Below are positions 58,857-64,000 of a stretch of DNA of 64,000 nt, piece by piece (position 1 is the first letter of the stretch; each line of letters starts with the position of its first letter). The stretch comes from an uncultured delta proteobacterium (lineage in GTDB: Bacteria; Desulfobacterota; Binatia; UBA9968), in the NCBI GenBank assembly GCA_963755715.1, contig CAVWLW010000074.1, positions 32,001-96,000 of the forward strand, read 5' to 3'. Under the pieces are notes generated by a model. The model ran no database searches. It had not been told where the DNA came from and saw nothing but the letters and a program-made list of their open reading frames with translations. The position numbers were made by a program, and so were the translations under genes.

Positions 58857-59776
58857 GAATCATCGTTACCGGCGGCGCGGGTTTCATCGGCTCGAACATT
58901 GTCGATGCTTATTTGGAACGCGGTCATGAAGTGCATATCTTCGATGATCTCTCGACTGGGCAGAAGGCGAATCTCAACGCCAAAGCGACGCTGCACGAGG
59001 TCGATATCGCGGCTCCAGAAGCGGCACGGCGGATCGAGCAAATCAAGCCGGATGTTTTGTGCCACCACGCGGCGCAAATGGACGTGCGCCATTCCGTCGC
59101 TGATCCGACGTTTGACGCGCGCGTTAACATTCTCGGCTTTATCAATTTGCTCGAAGCCGGCAAAAACGCCGGCGTGAAAAAAGTTATTTTCGCTTCTTCA
59201 GGAGGCGCGGTTTACGGCGAGCAAGAGACGTTTCCCGCCGCCGAGGATCACGTCACGCGGCCGGCGAGCCCCTACGGCGTGAGCAAGCGGGCGGGCGAGC
59301 TTTACCTGTCTTATTACCACCAAACCTTCGGCTTACCGTACATCGGGCTGCGTTACGCTAACGTTTACGGTCCGCGCCAATCCACCAAGGGCGAGGCCGG
59401 TGTCGTCGCCATCTTCTTGTCACTGCTGCTGCAGGGCAAAGCCCCGGTCATAAACGGCGATGGACGGCAGACGCGTGATTACGTCTACGTCGGTGATGTG
59501 GTTGCCGCCAATGTTGCGGCACTGGATGCGCAATTTGTCGGTGAAATAAACATCGGCACGAGCATCGAGACCGACGTGGTGACGATTTTTCAGCACCTGC
59601 GGCAAGCCGTGGGCAGCGAGATCGACGCGCGATACGGACCGGCGAAACCCGGCGAGCAGCGACGCAGCTGTATCGATGCGGGTCGGGCCGCGCAAGTGCT
59701 TGGCTGGCGTCCCACGATGGCGCTCACTGAAGGGCTTCGGCGCACCGCTGCCTGGTATCGGGATACGACTGGCTAA
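58853..59776 (+). CDS. NAD-dependent epimerase (UDP-glucose 4-epimerase-like)
   Basis: [36 protein letters not shown]. Confidence 0.88.
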   Translation: MRIIVTGGAGFIGSNIVDAYLERGHEVHIFDDLSTGQKANLNAKATLHEVDIAAPEAARRIEQIKPDVLCHHAAQMDVRHSVADPTFDARVNILGFINLLEAGKNAGVKKVIFASSGGAVYGEQETFPAAEDHVTRPASPYGVSKRAGELYLSYYHQTFGLPYIGLRYANVYGPRQSTKGEAGVVAIFLSLLLQGKAPVINGDGRQTRDYVYVGDVVAANVAALDAQFVGEINIGTSIETDVVTIFQHLRQAVGSEIDARYGPAKPGEQRRSCIDAGRAAQVLGWRPTMALTEGLRRTAAWYRDTTG

Positions 59777-61569
59777 TGACTCTGGATCACATCAGGAATT
59801 TTTCCATCATCGCGCATATCGATCACGGTAAATCAACGCTGGCCGACCGCTTGCTCGAATTCACCGGCGCGGTCAGCGCGCGGGAGAAAACCGATCAGAT
59901 TCTCGACAGCATGGACCTCGAGCGCGAGCGCGGTATTACCATCAAGGCCAGTCCGGTCTGCCTGAGATACCGAGCCAAGGACGGCAAAGAGTATAAGCTC
60001 AATTTGATCGACACCCCCGGGCACGTCGATTTCACTTACGAGGTATCGCGCAGCCTGGCGGCCTGCGAAGGTGCGCTGCTCGTCGTCGACGCGGCTCAAG
60101 GAGTGGAAGCTCAGACTGTGGCCAACGTGCACATGGCGCTCGATCACAATCTGGAAATTCTTCCCGTGATCAACAAGATCGATTTGCCGAGCGCGGAACC
60201 GGAGCGCGTCAGAACCGAGATAGAGGACGTCATCGGCCTGGATGCTTCCCACGCCGTGTGCGCGAGCGCCAAAGAAGGCATCGGTACGGAGGAGATCCTC
60301 GAAGGGATCGTGCACTACTTTCCGCCGCCGAAAGGAGACGCTTCGGCGCCCTTGCGAGCTTTGATTATCGATTGCCGGTTTGATCCTTATCACGGCGCCG
60401 TCGTGATGACGCGTATTTTCGACGGCGCCATGCAAAAGGGCACCAAGATTCGCATGATGGCGAGCGGCCACGCGTTCGAAGTGCTGCGCCTCGGCGTTTT
60501 CTCGCCCGGATCCGTGGAGGTCGCGGAACTAAATGCCGGCGAGGTCGGTTTCGTGATGGCCGGCATCAAAGAAGTGGCCGAAACCCAGATCGGCGACACG
60601 ATCACGACGGACGATCGGCCGGCGCAGGAGCCGTTGCCGGGATTTAAACCGATGAAGCCGATGGTTTTCAGCGGGCTCTATCCGACCGACTCAGGGCAGT
60701 ATCAGGCTTTGCGCGACGCGCTAGAAAAACTGCGGCTGAACGATTCCTCGTTTACCTACGAACCGGAGACTTCGCAAGCGCTGGGCTTCGGTTTTCGCTG
60801 CGGCTTTCTCGGCTTGCTCCACATGGACATCGTTCGCGAGCGTCTCGAGCGCGAGTTCAGCCTGAGTCTGATCACCACGGCGGCAACGGTGGTTTATCGC
60901 GTGATCACAATTGCGGGTGCCACGCTCATGATCGACAATCCGGTGAAGCTACCCAACGAATCGGAGATCGAGCGGATCGAAGAGCCGGTCATCCAGGCGA
61001 CGCTTCATCTGCCTCAGGAGTTCCTCGGCGGTGTGCTGAAGATCTGCGAAGAGAAACGCGGCACGCAAAAAGAAATCCGCTATTTGGGCCCCAAGCGGGT
61101 GATGCTCGTCTATGAGTTGCCTTTGAATGAAATTGTCGTAGATTTCTATGATAGACTTAAATCGGTGAGCCGCGGTTATGCATCGATGGATTACGAATTG
61201 GCCGGCTATCGACCGGCGGACCTGGTAAAACTGGACGTGCGCATCAACGGTGATGTCATCGATGCCATGTCGATGATCGTTCCTCGGGAGAAGGCCTATT
61301 ACCGTGGCCGCGATCTCGTGCAGAAAATGCGCGAGCTCATCCCACGCCAGCTTTTCGAAGTCGTCATCCAAGCCGCCATCGGCAGCCGGGTGGTGTCCCG
61401 CGAGTCGGTGAAGGCGCTGCGCAAAAATGTCACCGCGAAATGTTACGGCGGCGATATCACGCGCAAGCGCAAACTGCTCGAGCGCCAGAAAGAAGGCAAG
61501 AAGCGCATGAAACAGGTCGGCAAGGTGGAGATACCTCAAGAGGCGTTTCTCGCGGCGCTCAAAGTTTAG
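59776..61569 (+). CDS. lepA: Translation elongation factor 4
   Basis: [43 protein letters not shown]. Confidence 0.98.
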   Translation: MTLDHIRNFSIIAHIDHGKSTLADRLLEFTGAVSAREKTDQILDSMDLERERGITIKASPVCLRYRAKDGKEYKLNLIDTPGHVDFTYEVSRSLAACEGALLVVDAAQGVEAQTVANVHMALDHNLEILPVINKIDLPSAEPERVRTEIEDVIGLDASHAVCASAKEGIGTEEILEGIVHYFPPPKGDASAPLRALIIDCRFDPYHGAVVMTRIFDGAMQKGTKIRMMASGHAFEVLRLGVFSPGSVEVAELNAGEVGFVMAGIKEVAETQIGDTITTDDRPAQEPLPGFKPMKPMVFSGLYPTDSGQYQALRDALEKLRLNDSSFTYEPETSQALGFGFRCGFLGLLHMDIVRERLEREFSLSLITTAATVVYRVITIAGATLMIDNPVKLPNESEIERIEEPVIQATLHLPQEFLGGVLKICEEKRGTQKEIRYLGPKRVMLVYELPLNEIVVDFYDRLKSVSRGYASMDYELAGYRPADLVKLDVRINGDVIDAMSMIVPREKAYYRGRDLVQKMRELIPRQLFEVVIQAAIGSRVVSRESVKALRKNVTAKCYGGDITRKRKLLERQKEGKKRMKQVGKVEIPQEAFLAALKV

Positions 61570-61583
61570 TGGCAGGGTTGCCA

Positions 61584-62252
61584 ATGGCTTCAGAAAAGGT
61601 GAATAAAGTGAAAGATCAAACAATCATGGAGAATTCAACTACGGTGAAGGCGAAGTCGACTTTCCGCGAATACGCGGAAGCGATCATCATGGCGCTGGTT
61701 TTGGCGCTGTTTATTCGAACCTTCATCGTGCAAGCGTTCAAAATCCCTTCCGGCTCGATGATTCCGACTTTGGAGATCGGCGATCACATCCTGGTCAACA
61801 AGTTGTCCTACGGTTTGCGCATGCCGTTTTTGGAACGCTACTTATTCCAATATTCGACGCCGAGCCGGGGCGACGTGGTGGTATTCATCTACCCGGAGGA
61901 TCGTTCCAAGGATTTTATCAAGCGCGTAATCGGCGTCGCTGGCGATACGGTGGAGGTGCGCGCTAAAAAAGTTTTTATCAACGGCAAGCAGGTCGAAGAT
62001 CCGCACGCTCACTTTGCCGGTTACGATCCCCAGGCGGGCGCGGTAGGGAGCGGCGATGACTACGGGCCGAAAGTGGTGCCGTCCAATCACATCTTTGTCA
62101 TGGGCGACAATCGCGACCGCAGCTACGACAGCCGTTTCTGGGGCTTTGTCAATCTCGAAGAGGTGCGCGGCAAAGCCTTCTTGATCTATTGGTCCTGGGA
62201 CGGCGGCGACCGCTGGGTGCGCTGGGAACGCTTGGGCAACATCATTTACTAG
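61584..62252 (+). CDS. lepB: Signal peptidase I
   Basis: IPSGSMIPTL, FIKRVIG, MGDNRDRSYDSR. Start uncertain (61584 or 61626). Confidence 0.95.
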   Translation: MASEKVNKVKDQTIMENSTTVKAKSTFREYAEAIIMALVLALFIRTFIVQAFKIPSGSMIPTLEIGDHILVNKLSYGLRMPFLERYLFQYSTPSRGDVVVFIYPEDRSKDFIKRVIGVAGDTVEVRAKKVFINGKQVEDPHAHFAGYDPQAGAVGSGDDYGPKVVPSNHIFVMGDNRDRSYDSRFWGFVNLEEVRGKAFLIYWSWDGGDRWVRWERLGNIIY

Positions 62253-62300
62253 GGGAAATAATTTGCGAGCGTCGATCAAACAACGGATGGACAGAGCTCC

Positions 62301-62588
62301 GTGACAAAAAAAACAAAAATTTTCCTGACGATTTGGTCGTCCCTGCTTGTCGTTTTCGTGCTGTTCAATATTCTCATTTCGCTCGGCAACCAATCGATTC
62401 AAGCCGAAGTGGGCGAGCGCCAGCAAGAAATCGCCCAGACGATCCAACTGGAAACGCTCAACCGCCAACTGATCACGGTGCTCGCCAGTCTGGCGGTCAA
62501 GACCAACGACGAACAACTGAAGAAAGTCTTGGCGGACAGCGGCGTCAACCTCGGCAACGCGCCTGAGGGCGCGCCGGCGAAAAAGTGA
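62301..62588 (+). CDS. Small bitopic membrane protein with coiled coil
   Basis: One TM segment, then a Gln/Glu-rich helix, ending KVLADSGV and an Ala/Pro/Lys tail. Confidence 0.7.
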   Translation: MTKKTKIFLTIWSSLLVVFVLFNILISLGNQSIQAEVGERQQEIAQTIQLETLNRQLITVLASLAVKTNDEQLKKVLADSGVNLGNAPEGAPAKK

Positions 62589-62594
62589 GGCATC

Positions 62595-62996
62595 ATGGCC
62601 GAGGAAAATGACAAGATTCTTGAGCGCGAAGAAACCCTGGAGGATTCTGCGGTCCCACAGCCGGTTTCGAATCTGCCGTTCATTATTACCCTCGTGGCGT
62701 TGACGATCTATTTCGTGTTTCAGACGCTGCAACTCGCAACCGAGCGAAGTAATCTCGGCATGGTGAAAGCCAATCAAGATGCGGCGATCCAGGAAGCGCA
62801 GAAAGTCCAGACTCAGTTTAAAACGCTCGTGTCAAAAACCGGCGAACTGGCGGCTCAAGGCCATGCCGGCGCGAGGATGGTAATGGAAGAGCTGCAAAAG
62901 CGCGGTCTCGGCGCCGCGCCAGAAGCGCCGACGCCGGAAACGAAGATGCCGGAAACCAAAGCGCCTCCAAAGAGCGAGACGAAGCCCGCCAAGTAA
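62595..62996 (+). CDS. Small bitopic membrane protein with coiled coil
   Basis: GAGG RBS; one TM segment, Gln-rich helix, EELQKRGL, Pro/Glu/Thr/Lys tail. Confidence 0.72.
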   Translation: MAEENDKILEREETLEDSAVPQPVSNLPFIITLVALTIYFVFQTLQLATERSNLGMVKANQDAAIQEAQKVQTQFKTLVSKTGELAAQGHAGARMVMEELQKRGLGAAPEAPTPETKMPETKAPPKSETKPAK

Positions 62997-63068
62997 TTTC
63001 GTTACGGAGTATTCAGTTTGGCGTATTTGGCCAACCCGACTTGCGTGCGTTCGCTATTTTTCGATTCC

Positions 63069-63099
63069 AACGACGGGCAAGCGCCAGCGCCGTCGTTTT
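63069..63099 (+). terminator. Possible intrinsic terminator
   Basis: AACGACGG...CCGTCGTT stem followed by a T-rich stretch. Confidence 0.4.
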
Positions 63100-63162
63100 G
63101 TCTGTTGAACCTTAGCTGATTTCAATTTAGGCTATTTTCTCCACTTTACAGAGAAAACTAAT

Positions 63163-64000
63163 TTGAACACGTCTTTTCACCCGTTAGTCCAGCGCTGGTT
63201 TGCCGAGAAATTCCAAACTCCAACGCCGGCACAAGCGCAGGGTTGGGAGTCCATCGCCGCCGGAAAATCCACGTTGATCGCGGCGCCGACGGGGTCGGGC
63301 AAGACCTTGGCCGCGTTTCTCTGGTCTCTCGACCGGCTGATCAAGCGCGCGCTCAACGGCGGGCTCGATGAGTGCACCAGCGTGGTTTATGTCTCGCCGC
63401 TCAAGGCGCTTGGCAACGATATCGCCAAGAATCTGCAGGCGCCGCTGGCGGAAATTTACGATCTGGCGGGACGCGAAGGAATTCTTCTGCCGACGATTCG
63501 CGTGGCCGTTCGTTCCGGCGATACGCCGGCGCAAGAGCGCCAAGCGATGGTGCGAAAACCGCCGCATATTCTCATCACGACGCCCGAGTCGCTTTATATT
63601 TTGCTCACTGCCGCGCGCAGCCGCGACTTCTTGAAAACCGCCCAGACATTGATCGTCGATGAAATCCACGCGGTCGCGCAAGACAAACGCGGCGCGCATC
63701 TGGCGCTATCGCTCGAGCGTCTGGATGCGCTGGCCGAACGGCCGCTGCAGCGAATCGGCTTGAGCGCGACGCAAAAGCCGATCGAAGAAGTTGCCCGTCT
63801 GCTGGTCGGGACGCGCCATATTTCAGCGGACGGCGCGCCCGGCTGCGCCATTGTCGATGTCGGTCACAAGCGCGAGATGGAGCTTCACATCGAGGTGCCC
63901 GATGAAGAGCTCGGACCGATTATCCGCCAAGATATCTGGGCCGCGGTCTACGATAAGCTCGTGGCGCAAATTCAGGCGCACCACACGACGTTGATCTTCG
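63163..64000 (+). CDS. lhr: Lhr-like DEAD/DEAH-box helicase, 5' part (runs off the window; absent from the ORF track)
   Basis: From TTG 63163: FHPLVQRWF, APTGSGKTLAAF, YVSPLKAL, RSGDT, ITTPESL, DEIH, GLSAT. Confidence 0.9.
   Translation, partial: MNTSFHPLVQRWFAEKFQTPTPAQAQGWESIAAGKSTLIAAPTGSGKTLAAFLWSLDRLIKRALNGGLDECTSVVYVSPLKALGNDIAKNLQAPLAEIYDLAGREGILLPTIRVAVRSGDTPAQERQAMVRKPPHILITTPESLYILLTAARSRDFLKTAQTLIVDEIHAVAQDKRGAHLALSLERLDALAERPLQRIGLSATQKPIEEVARLLVGTRHISADGAPGCAIVDVGHKREMELHIEVPDEELGPIIRQDIWAAVYDKLVAQIQAHHTTLIF

Noticed and set aside
1-64000. CRISPR array, rRNA, prophage, retron or anti-phage defence operon
   Set aside because: No regularly spaced repeats and no cas, reverse transcriptase, phage structural or recognisable defence genes seen; the Lhr helicase is a common repair gene and is cut by the window edge.

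Overview
GC-rich bacterial chromosomal window. Gene order (valS-nadC-birA-coaX-fusA2; icd-mdh-sucCD-ndk-rlmN-mtnP; lepA-lepB) and paralogous amidohydrolase/LLM genes suggest a deltaproteobacteria-like lineage such as Ca. Binatia; this is inference, no search was run. Most content is housekeeping: pyruvate dehydrogenase (aceE-aceF-lpdA) with a lipoate ligase, TCA genes, a System I cytochrome c maturation operon (ccmABCDEFGH, ccmD missing from the ORF track), quinone genes, nucleotide-sugar genes, tRNA-Met and tRNA-Leu. Main accessory points: (1) a PAL-type MIO ammonia-lyase translationally coupled to an acyl/aryl-CoA ligase, upstream of two thiolase-fold proteins that both lack the catalytic Cys and His; (2) a 4.1-kb decayed island at tRNA-Met, bounded by a 50-bp direct repeat, holding relics of an integrase, an IS, a DNA ligase and a GH13 enzyme, plus two diverged copies of a ~137-bp non-coding element (sigma54-type -24/-12 motif followed by conserved hairpin-forming sequence); (3) a PuuD-like membrane domain convergent with a stand-alone cytochrome c; (4) an orphan nuoB. 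Four apparent single-base insertions (valS, fusA2, a TM-helix gene, and the GT2-ugd junction) are probably assembly errors. All calls come from reading sequence and motifs only.
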